A program made the translations under genes and the position numbers. Source: Candidatus Neptunichlamydia sp. (GTDB taxonomy: Bacteria; Chlamydiota; Chlamydiia; Chlamydiales; Simkaniaceae). From it: a stretch of 64,000 nt of DNA. The notes beneath the pieces are model-generated. The model was not told the DNA's origin, did no database searches, and saw only the letters and a list, made by a program, of their open reading frames with translations. Every line of letters starts with the position of its first letter. The first letter of the stretch is position 1. Positions 19,995 to 29,524 of the stretch are shown piece after piece. The stretch is from NCBI GenBank assembly GCA_965233865.1, contig OZ247587.1:1344001-1408000 (forward strand), given 5' to 3'.

Positions 19995-21598
19995 GAGTAG
20001 AGATTTTTAAACTCCTCTAATGTCCTTTCTTTCCCACCTGTCATGACCCACATATTGAGGTTGAGTAAAGCCCCGCTTCCCGTGTTTTTATCTAAAAGAT
20101 TTTCAATGACATAAAGGCGCCCAGTATCTTGAATGATCTTTCGCACTTTCTTTAGGATGTGAAGGGCCTTGTCATCGTCCCAGTCATGCAATACTCTTGA
20201 GAGAATGACCCCATCGAATGAGCATTTTGGCCATTTTTCAAAAAAGTCTAAGGGAACAAGGGTTAAACGAGGTTGGGGTGTGCACTTTTCTAAAACTGAA
20301 GGGAGATCTAAAACTGTTCCTTCTATGTGGGGATATTTCTTGAGAAGGATTTTTATAAAAGTCCCTGTCGATCCTCCAATATCCGCTATCGATTGATGGA
20401 TCGTACAATCGATCACCTCCCCAAAAGTTTGATAATCATTGTGTGCATAATGAGAAAGTGCCTGATGATAAAGAGTTTCTTTTTGGGGATGATTTTTAAT
20501 GTAATCAAACCAGTTTTGGTGATACAAACTCTCGAAAGAAGGTTTTTCTTGTTGCAGGGCTGTTGCGACTTTTTTCCAAGCCTGGAGATGCTCCTCCATC
20601 CAAAGGGTTTGGGCATGAGTAAGAGAAAACGGGTGCTGAGATGTGAGAAATTTTCCTTTCTCTGATAGTTGCCATAGATTTTGAGTTTTCTCCACATACC
20701 CTATTTCCATTAAAGCAAGGAGAATTTTTTCAATCATTAAGGGCTTTAAGGTTGTTTTATGAGAGAGGGTGTTAAGTGTTCCAGGAAGAGCTTCGAAAAT
20801 CTGAAGTCTTTTTGCTCCTTCCAAGGCGTACAACTTCCAGTAAGAAACTAAATCCCCTGAGACTTTGTGAAAAGCGTCTTTTCTTTTCGAGTAAAGTTCT
20901 TGAATCACATTTCCTTCTTCATCGATCAGCAGAAGAGATCCTTCCTCATTTTCCACCCTTGCGTGTCCATTATAAAACGGTTCAATCATGGCATACCTGG
21001 TTGAATAAAGAGGATTCCCTTTGTGGTCCACATGAAACCAGCCTAATTCATTTTTTGCTCTTGCAAACCCTTTATGAAAAATATCTAAATCTAAAAATCC
21101 TTTCGGATGAACTTTATTTCCACTGGTATCGATATGATAATGGAGTCCATCTGCAGCTTGAACCACGGCAACACCATCATGAAAGTCTCCAGTATAGGAG
21201 TAGGTTGTTAAATAAAGAGTTTCCCCCTCTGTATTGATATGAAAATAGTTCCTATTGAAGTCTTTAACAGTGCAGAGGTTTTCTTGAAAGTTTCCACACC
21301 ATGCATAACGTTTTTTATAAAGAGGGGATCCATCTGAAAGAATATGAAACCAGCCTTTTTTGTCGACAACCGCTGCACGATCACAATAATAACCAAATGT
21401 TTTGTGGTAGCGTTTGGAATATAGGGGGTCTCCAAAAAGATTGATATGATAGGCGCCCGAAAGATCTCTTACAGGCGCAAGTCCAGGGGAGTGAAATTTG
21501 AGAATATGAAGAAAGCGATGAGAATATACGGGTTTGTTTTCAAAAGTATGGTGGGTCTCATCTTGAGAAACTTCATATTTTTGCCAGTTCGGCTTCAT
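19919..21598 (-). CDS. WG/KWG-repeat protein fused to a class II SAM-dependent O-methyltransferase
   Basis: About six ~35-aa repeats (FHI...G..LY..RY....F..G.A.V), then a dimerisation helix region, DIGGSTG, LDLP, DFF, SRVLHDWDD, GGKERT. Confidence 0.88.
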   Translation of the reverse strand: MKPNWQKYEVSQDETHHTFENKPVYSHRFLHILKFHSPGLAPVRDLSGAYHINLFGDPLYSKRYHKTFGYYCDRAAVVDKKGWFHILSDGSPLYKKRYAWCGNFQENLCTVKDFNRNYFHINTEGETLYLTTYSYTGDFHDGVAVVQAADGLHYHIDTSGNKVHPKGFLDLDIFHKGFARAKNELGWFHVDHKGNPLYSTRYAMIEPFYNGHARVENEEGSLLLIDEEGNVIQELYSKRKDAFHKVSGDLVSYWKLYALEGAKRLQIFEALPGTLNTLSHKTTLKPLMIEKILLALMEIGYVEKTQNLWQLSEKGKFLTSQHPFSLTHAQTLWMEEHLQAWKKVATALQQEKPSFESLYHQNWFDYIKNHPQKETLYHQALSHYAHNDYQTFGEVIDCTIHQSIADIGGSTGTFIKILLKKYPHIEGTVLDLPSVLEKCTPQPRLTLVPLDFFEKWPKCSFDGVILSRVLHDWDDDKALHILKKVRKIIQDTGRLYVIENLLDKNTGSGALLNLNMWVMTGGKERTLEEFKNLYSQEGFRLETTFPLNKVSSILVLQPL

Positions 21599-22646
21599 TG
21601 CGAGGTGTTCCTAGGTTGTTTATTTTTTTACGCATGTTACATCTTTTACACACTTCATTTTGAAGGTAATTTTTTTGAAGGTTATTATAAGATCTATTCG
21701 TCCAAACATCTTCGATGGATTGGTTTTCGAGGGTTCCAAAATCTCCTAGCTTTCTTCGGTCTTTGTCCGGAGCGCAGCAGGGGTTAAACCGCCCTTCTGC
21801 TGAAACCCAGGCCTCTTGGCCTAGGAAAGGACAAACTCCTTCAGAAAGGAGCTCTTCTATTGCACATCCATCCAGTTCATAAATGTTTTCAAGGAAGACC
21901 TTTTCTCCATCTGGGAGTCGGTATTTTTCTGCAGCTTCTTGGGCAAGACGTGCAATACCATTCCATTTTTGAATTGCTTGAGGGTCTCTTCGCATTGACT
22001 CATTTTCCATTTCTTTCGTAAAAACCCATAAATGGTGCCCTTTAACCCGGTTCACTCCAAGAGAAGCTGCAAGTTTTACAACTTCTGGAATTTCTTCAGC
22101 TCCTGTCTCAGTAAAGGTGAGTTGAAATGTGACTCGACAAAAGTTGCCTTCGGTTCGCGCAATGGTATCTCGCACTTGAATAAAGTCTTTGACGTTTTGT
22201 ACGCGTTGCTCAAAATTGGAGCCAATCATGATAAGCTCAGAAGTTTTTTTAGTCGCTCCATTCCAAGAGATTTTGACGTCCGAGCCAATAGGAACAATCT
22301 TTTCAGCCCATTTCTTTGCTCCATATTTTGGAAAAGTTCCGTTTGTAGTAAGGTTCATTTTGACATCAAATTCATGACACAAATCGATAATAGATTCAAA
22401 ATGACGATACAGCAGCGGTTCCCCCATTGTTGATGGGATAATTTCTCGGAGGGGAGTATCCTTTGCCTCTTCTAATATCTTCCGCATCAATTGAATATCC
22501 ATCCGCCGCCTAGGCCTCCCTTCCGCTTTGCGCTGACTTTGGCAAGTACTGTAGATCGAATGCTCTTCACACATGACACAGCGCAAGTTGCAGTCGTCAG
22601 GGTTGGTGTCAAATGTGATCCGCCAGGGACCGGGTCTTTGGGTCAT
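21573..22646 (-). CDS. Radical SAM enzyme with C-terminal SPASM/twitch domain
   Basis: CNLRCVMC (CX3CX2C), GEPL, TTNG, C-terminal CPF...PCC...CKRC. AGGAGG Shine-Dalgarno just upstream of the ATG. Confidence 0.92.
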   Translation of the reverse strand: MTQRPGPWRITFDTNPDDCNLRCVMCEEHSIYSTCQSQRKAEGRPRRRMDIQLMRKILEEAKDTPLREIIPSTMGEPLLYRHFESIIDLCHEFDVKMNLTTNGTFPKYGAKKWAEKIVPIGSDVKISWNGATKKTSELIMIGSNFEQRVQNVKDFIQVRDTIARTEGNFCRVTFQLTFTETGAEEIPEVVKLAASLGVNRVKGHHLWVFTKEMENESMRRDPQAIQKWNGIARLAQEAAEKYRLPDGEKVFLENIYELDGCAIEELLSEGVCPFLGQEAWVSAEGRFNPCCAPDKDRRKLGDFGTLENQSIEDVWTNRSYNNLQKNYLQNEVCKRCNMRKKINNLGTPRNEAELAKI

Positions 22647-23955
22647 AAGCCCTCCTATTCTCTAGAGATTGTTGATAGAGTGAAACAACTTGTTCAGCAT
22701 GTTCTTCAATGTTTGGAATATGACCGGTTTCTGATTGGATATAACCTTTAGATTGAATGCGTGACAAGAGTTGAGGGGCCTTTATAAGGCGATTCATTTG
22801 CTCTGCAAGTTTTCTAGGGGAACGATGTTCAAACAATAAACCATTGACATCATGGTGGATATATTCTCGCATTCCTCCGTAACCTGCTGTAATCACAGCA
22901 ACCTTGGATTCAAGGGCTTCATGGATAACAAGAGGGGAGTTCTCTCCCCAAATCGAGGGAACAACAATGGCATCAATGTGGTTAAAAACATCCGACACAA
23001 TTTCTGTATTGGAATATCCTCCCATCCAATGGATCTTTTCCTGTAGAGATGTGGCCATTTTCGAAACATATGCTTTTAGGGAATTTGTGAAAGGTTGAAT
23101 AGGGGAACCCCAAATTTTTAGCTCTGCTTGGGGATGGTTCAGTTTATGGAAGGCTTGAAGTAAATGAAGAATGCCTTTTGCTTGTTTGTGAGTTCCAATA
23201 TATCCAAAAGTGAAAGGTGTATTCTTCTTTCTTTTTCTTCCATGGAGCTTTTTTCGATGAAATCCATAGTCTAGGTAAACCATCTTTGAAGAAGGAATGG
23301 GAAGTCCATCCAAGAAACGGTCCATCAAGTAGCGAGAAGGAGCGTGGAACAGATCGATGTGTGGTAGCAGATCGTTTCGAACATGATCCATGCGACGTTG
23401 AACCCATCCCGTCCAATAAGTAATGTCTTCTAGGTTGTCTTGAGAGCTAAAGTACCTCCAGTAACAGTTGCGGGCACACTTTTCATTTTCTTGAGATTCA
23501 CAAACGGGGTAGAGGTCTTCTGCCTTGGAGTTAATAGCTTGCAGAAACTGTCCCCTTGGGCACATAAGCCAAAAATCATGCAGAGTGAAGACTATAGGAA
23601 TCCCTAGCTGATATGCTTCATTGACAATAGAGGTAGATAGGTGATTAAGATGGCCAATATGGATAATATCTGGGTTGAATTCAGTTGCGACCTTTTGAAA
23701 TGCTTTATCAACAGCTGCATGTCGGTACCCATCTTTACTGTGAGCCATGTTAATCATGGCGATTTTTATTTCTGGACAGAGGGGATCAGAGCTCCATTCA
23801 ACAGAATATTCTTGTGCATAGGCATTTTCTTGCCTTGTAAAAACAAGGATCTCATGCCCTTGATTCACCAGCTCATTGCAAAGCGTTTGAGAGTAGACTT
23901 CTGATCCTGCAGAATAGAGAGGTGGATACCCATGTATAACTTTTAAGATCTTCAA
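22609..23955 (-). CDS. Glycosyltransferase family 4 (GT-B)
   Basis: HGYPPLYSAGSE, PDIIHIGH, TLHDFWLMC, KGI, PSIWGENSPLVIHEA, NGLLF. TTG start. Confidence 0.92.
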   Translation of the reverse strand: MKILKVIHGYPPLYSAGSEVYSQTLCNELVNQGHEILVFTRQENAYAQEYSVEWSSDPLCPEIKIAMINMAHSKDGYRHAAVDKAFQKVATEFNPDIIHIGHLNHLSTSIVNEAYQLGIPIVFTLHDFWLMCPRGQFLQAINSKAEDLYPVCESQENEKCARNCYWRYFSSQDNLEDITYWTGWVQRRMDHVRNDLLPHIDLFHAPSRYLMDRFLDGLPIPSSKMVYLDYGFHRKKLHGRKRKKNTPFTFGYIGTHKQAKGILHLLQAFHKLNHPQAELKIWGSPIQPFTNSLKAYVSKMATSLQEKIHWMGGYSNTEIVSDVFNHIDAIVVPSIWGENSPLVIHEALESKVAVITAGYGGMREYIHHDVNGLLFEHRSPRKLAEQMNRLIKAPQLLSRIQSKGYIQSETGHIPNIEEHAEQVVSLYQQSLENRRAYDPKTRSLADHI

Positions 23956-24062
23956 AATGCTTCCCTGATAGGAAATCCTTAGGTGAAGGGTGCTTGAGGG
24001 TCAAATTTATATCAATAGAAAATATTAGAATATTCTATAGTTAAGTTTGTGTGATGGAGGTT

Positions 24063-24665
24063 TTATATTCCAGAAAGGGCGGCCCGAATGAGTGTGCTAA
24101 GATCGGAAGGAGTCTCGCTTGCCAGGGCTTTTTTAAGTGCTTGTTGCGCCTGAAGAGAATTATATCCAAGGTTCATGAGCGCAGAGAGAGCGTCATTCAC
24201 CATTTGATCTTCTTCGGTAATTTCATGCTTTGAAGTGTGAGGAAGGGGAGTTTTTTTGAATCCTTTGAGGACTTTATCCCGGAGCTCTACAATCAGACGT
24301 TCAGCTGTTTTTTTTCCAATACCTGGAATTTTTGAAAGGATCGTCGTATTCGCAGTCGTGATGGCGGATTCGAGAGAAGAACTATCGAGATGTCCAATAA
24401 GGGCAAGGGCAGTTTTAGGTCCAATGCCAGATACGGTGCTAATTTTTTCAAAAAGGTCGCGCTCTTCAAAGGTAAGAAAACCAAAGTTTTTGTAAGAATC
24501 TTCACGGATCACTGAGGAGATATAAAAGAGAGCATCTTTCCCGATAAGAGGCGCCCCGGAAAAAGCACTGAGGGGGGTGTAAAGCAGATAGCCCACGCCG
24601 TTGACATCTACAACAGCATTGTGGGGAGTGATTGAGACAAGAGTTCCTTTGATATATTCAAACAT
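24063..24665 (-). CDS. ruvA: Holliday junction branch migration protein RuvA
   Basis: MFEYIKG, VNGVGY, VSGIGPK, IPGIGKKTAERLIVEL, ALMNLGY. Confidence 0.98.
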   Translation of the reverse strand: MFEYIKGTLVSITPHNAVVDVNGVGYLLYTPLSAFSGAPLIGKDALFYISSVIREDSYKNFGFLTFEERDLFEKISTVSGIGPKTALALIGHLDSSSLESAITTANTTILSKIPGIGKKTAERLIVELRDKVLKGFKKTPLPHTSKHEITEEDQMVNDALSALMNLGYNSLQAQQALKKALASETPSDLSTLIRAALSGI

Positions 24666-25161
24666 AGACGCCTATGGGTTTAATGTGATTGGCATGAGTA
24701 ATCGCAAGGGCGAGGGCATCGGCAGCATCTTCAGGGGTGGGGATTTCCTTAAGATTTAGAAGCAGTTGCATCATTTTTTGGATTTGTTTCTTGGTTGCTG
24801 ATCCAGATCCTACAACAGCAAGTTTTGCCTTTGTTGGGGCATATTCGAAGATAGGGATTTTGCGCTTGGTGGCAGCAACGAGGGCAACCGCTTTTGCCAT
24901 CCCAAGTTTTAGAGCACTTTGAACATTGCAGCCGACAAACTGAGTTTCAATAGAAACAGCTTCAATAGGATAGGAATCAAGGATATGCTCGATCCCTTCA
25001 TGAATGATGCCGTATCTTTCGTGGAGGGAGAGTTTGAGCGAGGGACGGATACATCCAAAATCAAGGGGGGTAAATGAGCGGAGATCTGTTTCGATAATTC
25101 CATATCCAGTGATACGGGTTCCTGGATCAATCCCTAAAATAATATGTTTTTTTCGACTCAT
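24658..25161 (-). CDS. ruvC: Crossover junction endodeoxyribonuclease RuvC
   Basis: ILGIDPG, TGYGII, EYAPTKAK, DAADALALA. Start trimmed to MSRKKH. Confidence 0.97.
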   Translation of the reverse strand: MSRKKHIILGIDPGTRITGYGIIETDLRSFTPLDFGCIRPSLKLSLHERYGIIHEGIEHILDSYPIEAVSIETQFVGCNVQSALKLGMAKAVALVAATKRKIPIFEYAPTKAKLAVVGSGSATKKQIQKMMQLLLNLKEIPTPEDAADALALAITHANHIKPIGVYV

Positions 25162-25207
25162 ATTTTTCATTATGGAACGAAAAGGATTTTCTGTTAATCT
25201 TAAAGCA

Positions 25208-26272
25208 ATGAAAAGTCTAGAAAACTTAGATCCTAGCTCCATTATTGTTCGGATGCCTAATTGGTTGGGTGACTTGGTGATGGCAACCTCTGTTTTAGCA
25301 GATTTACGGGAGAGATATCCTCATGCTGAAATTACAGTAATGTGTCAGGCCAATGTCGCTCCCTTGCTAGAAAATGACCCTGTTGTAGACGAGGTTTTCT
25401 GTGTGAGTCGTGGAGAGAGCTTTATCCGTCGGATTGGAGGGCGAAACATTGTTGCGAAACTGAAGAGCGGAACATATGATCTTGGAATTTTATTGACCAA
25501 TTCATTTTCATCAGCCTGGAGATTTTGGCAAGGGAGTGTCAAAAACACACTGGGATACTGCGCAGATGGTCGAAGCTTTTTAATGACGCATCCGGTTTCT
25601 TTCTCTGAGAAGAAAAAAGAGCAACACCTAGTGATTACTTATAAGGAGCTCCTAAAGCCTCTCGGAATTCCAGTTTCCGAGACAAAGCCCAGATTGGTTG
25701 TAACGGATCAGGAGACTAAAGAGGCGTGGGAGATTGTCAAACGGTTTGACATTGCCCCAGATTGCAATATTATTGGAGTGAATCCCGGAGCTGCTTACGG
25801 CACTGCAAAATGTTGGCTTCCTGAGCGATTTACGGAAGTGACTAAAAATATTATTGAGGGAGATCCCAAAAATGTTGTTCTCTTTTTTGGTGACCGCTCT
25901 CATAAGGAATTGATCGGAAAGATTTGCGTGGGACTTTCAAAGCGCGCAATAAACATGTCAGGTCAAACTAGCTTGAGGGAGCTGCTAGCACTTATAAAAA
26001 TTTGTAGTGTCTTTTTAACAAATGACAGCGGACCCATGCACATTGCGGATAGTTTAGATGTCCCCCTTGTCGCACTGTTTGGCTCAACAAGCCCAGTGGT
26101 GACGGGGCCTTACAGACAAAGTCAAAACATTATCCAGAAGAAAGTTCCTTGTTCCCCGTGTTTTAAACGGGTTTGTCCGATTGATTTTCCCTGCATGAAG
26201 GATATTGGAGTGGGTGAAGTAACAGCAGCAGTTCTTTCTAAACTTAAGCAAAGCCTCGCAGGGTGTATGTGA
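25208..26272 (+). CDS. waaF: Lipopolysaccharide heptosyltransferase II-like (GT9)
   Basis: PNWLGDLVM, NSFSSA, NPGAAYGTAKCW, NDSGPMH, ALFGST, CSPCFKRVCP. Start trimmed to ATG 25208. Confidence 0.88.
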   Translation: MKSLENLDPSSIIVRMPNWLGDLVMATSVLADLRERYPHAEITVMCQANVAPLLENDPVVDEVFCVSRGESFIRRIGGRNIVAKLKSGTYDLGILLTNSFSSAWRFWQGSVKNTLGYCADGRSFLMTHPVSFSEKKKEQHLVITYKELLKPLGIPVSETKPRLVVTDQETKEAWEIVKRFDIAPDCNIIGVNPGAAYGTAKCWLPERFTEVTKNIIEGDPKNVVLFFGDRSHKELIGKICVGLSKRAINMSGQTSLRELLALIKICSVFLTNDSGPMHIADSLDVPLVALFGSTSPVVTGPYRQSQNIIQKKVPCSPCFKRVCPIDFPCMKDIGVGEVTAAVLSKLKQSLAGCM

Positions 26273-27174
26273 AGAAGTTGATTGATGCAATGCGCCCAAA
26301 CCCCTTTGATAAACTTCTAAAAAAAATGGTAGAAGAAGAAAAAGGGCGTTTCCTCGTCATTTGGAGTCGAGGGCTAGGGGATATCCCTTTAGGTCTTTAT
26401 GCTTTGGTCTATCGTATCCGCAGCTATGTTCCCAACGCATCGATTACCTTTATGACGCGCAGAGACTTAGCTGAGGCGTTCACTATGCTTGAGGGTATTC
26501 AGGTGCTTATTGGGGAGTCATGGGAAAGAGGAAAACCCTTTGATATCGAAGAAACTTTAAAACAGCATTCTTTAAGCTCTAACATGTTTGATGTCATTCT
26601 CGAAAAACCTGATCCTACAAAGTGGCTAAAGTGGCAAATAGGAAACCTTATTCCAAGGCTGAAATGGCAAGAGAAGTGGGACAGTCTTGTTGACAAGTAT
26701 GAGCTCGATCTAAACGAGACTTACATTGGATGTCATGTTCAGACGGAGACGGGTGCGTATTATGGCTACGAAAAAAACTGGGATCTCCCTTCATGGCGGA
26801 ATCTTTTTAAGAAGATTCAGGAAAAAAGTAAAGGAAAAATTCTTCTGTTTGGAATGGAAAGAGAGCCCGCTTTTTTGATGGATAATGTCATTGATCTTCG
26901 TGGTGAAACAACCCTCTTTGAAATGCTATCTTTGATTAAAAATCGATGCCGTTGCCTTGTGGCTCCGGACTCTGGTGTTCTCTCTATTGCCTATTATGTC
27001 GATGCAAGTTACCCAGTTCGGGTTGTCTCTCTGTGGGCAGACCCTAGGCAAGGAGTTCTTAGACAAAAGGTAGACTCACCAAACCCTCAACTTGAACATA
27101 TCCCCCTCCATGGTAAAAATGATAATGTGGCTAATATTTCAGTTGATACTGTCTATGACTCTTTATTCGGGTGA
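26263..27174 (+). CDS. Second GT9 (heptosyltransferase-like) glycosyltransferase
   Basis: RGLGDI, KNW, DLRGETTL, APDSG. Confidence 0.8.
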   Translation: MYVKKLIDAMRPNPFDKLLKKMVEEEKGRFLVIWSRGLGDIPLGLYALVYRIRSYVPNASITFMTRRDLAEAFTMLEGIQVLIGESWERGKPFDIEETLKQHSLSSNMFDVILEKPDPTKWLKWQIGNLIPRLKWQEKWDSLVDKYELDLNETYIGCHVQTETGAYYGYEKNWDLPSWRNLFKKIQEKSKGKILLFGMEREPAFLMDNVIDLRGETTLFEMLSLIKNRCRCLVAPDSGVLSIAYYVDASYPVRVVSLWADPRQGVLRQKVDSPNPQLEHIPLHGKNDNVANISVDTVYDSLFG

Positions 27175-27178
27175 GCTG

Positions 27179-28156
27179 ATGCAAGAACATCCTCTGATTG
27201 CGGTTTTTAAAGAGAAAAAAGAAATCACCAAACTTGATACGTTTGTTCCCCTCAATGAAGGTGCCATCTTGCAAGACGTTGTGTCTTCTTCAAACTTTAA
27301 GAAAATGGGTTGTTTAGTGCTGGCAGGGGGGCAAGGGACACGCCTCGGTGTCGATGGACCGAAAGGCTGCGTTCTTCTTCCTCTGCAAGAAAAAAAGACA
27401 CTCTTTCAACTGATCTTTGAAAAAGTGAAAGAAAAGGGAAAAGACCTTTTACTAGCAGTAATGACCTCTCCAATTAATCACGAAGCAACAATAAAATACT
27501 TCGAGGAGCACGACTATTTTGGGTTAACAAATGTTTCTGTCTTCTCTCAAGAGATGATACCGGTTTGCGACGAAGAGGGAAACCTGTATGGGGATATGGA
27601 GTCACCCGACGGAAATGGAAAGGCTCTGAAGAACCTTGTTGATTCAGGAGTCTGGGGAGTGTGGAAGGCAAATAGCGTTGAGGTGATCCAGGTAATTCCT
27701 GTAGATAACCCTAAAGCTGAACCGTTTGATGGGGAACTTCTGGCAACCCATGAAAAGGAGCAAGTAGACCTTGTCCTTAAATGCATTCGAAGAGATAGCC
27801 CAAAAGAGAAGCTGGGGGTCATTGAAGAGGACAGAGGCAGGCTCATGATCCGAGAGTATTCTGAGCTGACTGAAAGGATGCAAGGTTTAGAATTCCCACT
27901 AGGGAATACGGGGCTATTTTCATGTAGCATAGATTTTGTAGCGCAAGCAGCTAGAGTAGAGCTTCCCTGGCATCTTGCACACAAACAAGTCGGGGCCGTA
28001 TGGATTTGGAAGTTTGAAACATTTATTTTCGATCTATTTCCCTATGCAAATTCTTTTAAAGTCATCATTTCTGAGCGTAGAAATTGTTTTACTCCACTTA
28101 AAAACCGCTCAGGATCAGATAGTTTAGAAACCGTGGCAAGAGCCCTCATGACGTAA
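27179..28156 (+). CDS. UDPGP-family nucleotidyltransferase (eukaryote-type UDP-GlcNAc/UDP-glucose pyrophosphorylase)
   Basis: LAGGQGTRLG..GPKG, PDGNG, VDN, EYSE, KFETFIFD, PLKN. Lies directly upstream of gpsA. Confidence 0.88.
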   Translation: MQEHPLIAVFKEKKEITKLDTFVPLNEGAILQDVVSSSNFKKMGCLVLAGGQGTRLGVDGPKGCVLLPLQEKKTLFQLIFEKVKEKGKDLLLAVMTSPINHEATIKYFEEHDYFGLTNVSVFSQEMIPVCDEEGNLYGDMESPDGNGKALKNLVDSGVWGVWKANSVEVIQVIPVDNPKAEPFDGELLATHEKEQVDLVLKCIRRDSPKEKLGVIEEDRGRLMIREYSELTERMQGLEFPLGNTGLFSCSIDFVAQAARVELPWHLAHKQVGAVWIWKFETFIFDLFPYANSFKVIISERRNCFTPLKNRSGSDSLETVARALMT

Positions 28157-28176
28157 AACTTGCCATCATGTATAAT
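28148..28176 (+). promoter_or_regulatory. Possible sigma66/sigma70 promoter for gpsA
   Basis: ATGACG-17 bp-TATAAT, 23 bp upstream of the gpsA start. Confidence 0.35.
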
Positions 28177-28199
28177 TAATAAAAAAAAATATTTAGGAA

Positions 28200-29204
28200 G
28201 TGATGATGAGAATCGGATATTTAGGGGCCGGAGCCTGGGGCTTTTGTCTTGCAAATCTTTTGGCTGAAAAAGGATATGAAGTGAAGTTATGGACAGGAAA
28301 CATGTCCTTGGCAGAAGTTCTCAAAAGAGGGGAAGCTCACCCCAAACTCAGCGGTCATCAGGCAGAAGAAAATCTTGTTCTCACTACAGACCTTAAAGAA
28401 GCAATTGCCGATGTTGATATGATTGTTGAATCGGTGACTTCAAAAGGGCTGCGACCTGTTCTTGAGCAGCTCAAAGAAATCGGCATGAAGGGAACTCCTA
28501 TCGTTCTCACTTCTAAAGGCATTGAGCAAGGCACGGGTCTTCTCATGTCTGAAGTCGCGATGGAAGTTCTAGGTGAAGATTATAAATCTAAAATTGGGTG
28601 CCTTAGCGGTCCAAGTCTAGCTGGAGAAGTCATGCGCAAGCTCCCAACCTCTGTTGTTGCCTCAAGCTACGGTAACGATCTCATGATGCAAATCTGCGAG
28701 GCATTTACCACCTCGTACTTCAGGGTTTACCCTAATGGGGATATGAGAGGGGTGTCATTTGGAGGAGCGATGAAGAATATCATCGCGATCGCCTGCGCAA
28801 TCTCCAATGGTCTTGGGTATGGTGAAAATACGAAGGCAGCTCTGATGACTCGTGGTCTTCACGAGATACGAAAGCTTGGGGAGACAATTGGTTGCCAAGC
28901 TGATACTCTTAATGGGCTCTCAGGACTAGGGGATCTCTGTGCTACCTGTCTATCGACCCTTAGCCGGAACTATATCTTTGGGACTCTTTTAGCAGAGGGG
29001 TTTTCTCCTGATGAGGCTAGAAAGAAGATCGGAATGGTTGTTGAAGGAGCTTATACCTGTCTATCTGCTTTAGAGCTTAGCGCGAAGAAAGGAATAGATA
29101 TGCCGATTACTGAAGCAGTTTATTCCATTATATATGAAGGAGCTAACCCCAGAGAGGCTGTTGAGGCGCTCCTTACTCGAACTGTCAAGCAAGAGCACCT
29201 TTAA
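28200..29204 (+). CDS. gpsA: NAD(P)H-dependent glycerol-3-phosphate dehydrogenase
   Basis: GAGAWG, SKGIE, LSGPS, GAMKN, GLSGLGDL, SRN, VEG. Confidence 0.97.
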   Translation: MMMRIGYLGAGAWGFCLANLLAEKGYEVKLWTGNMSLAEVLKRGEAHPKLSGHQAEENLVLTTDLKEAIADVDMIVESVTSKGLRPVLEQLKEIGMKGTPIVLTSKGIEQGTGLLMSEVAMEVLGEDYKSKIGCLSGPSLAGEVMRKLPTSVVASSYGNDLMMQICEAFTTSYFRVYPNGDMRGVSFGGAMKNIIAIACAISNGLGYGENTKAALMTRGLHEIRKLGETIGCQADTLNGLSGLGDLCATCLSTLSRNYIFGTLLAEGFSPDEARKKIGMVVEGAYTCLSALELSAKKGIDMPITEAVYSIIYEGANPREAVEALLTRTVKQEHL

Positions 29205-29524
29205 TTTAAATCGATAAAATCCAGTGTATTAAATAATTTATTTTTCAGAAAGTAAAGAGTGTATGAGAGTGGATCTGTAATATATTTGTGGTTTACGCGG
29301 CCTCTTGTGTCGTTGCTTTCAAAACATATTGGGAACTAAAACGGTATTGTTGCTAAAACTTTCTTCTCCGAGTAGGATCTTTCTCTTTTCCAGAGCTTTT
29401 TGCTAGGCAGCTAAACCTCTAACTTCGAAGAGACCTTCAATAAATAGCTTTACATCTTTGGCGTTTGCATCCAGGTTATAAACGAATTCTTTTAAAGTTG
29501 CTATAGGTGTGGTAGATTGAGTAT

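Noticed and set aside
22609..22656. GT4/radical SAM junction as a frameshifted single gene
   Set aside because: The rSAM ORF has its own well-spaced AGGAGG and ATG, and the GT4 domain is complete before the overlap.
29205..29520. Possible minus-strand gene remnant (YNLDANAKDVKLFIEGLFEVRGLAA*QKALEKRK...)
   Set aside because: It looks protein-like but is short, interrupted and matches no family I recognise.
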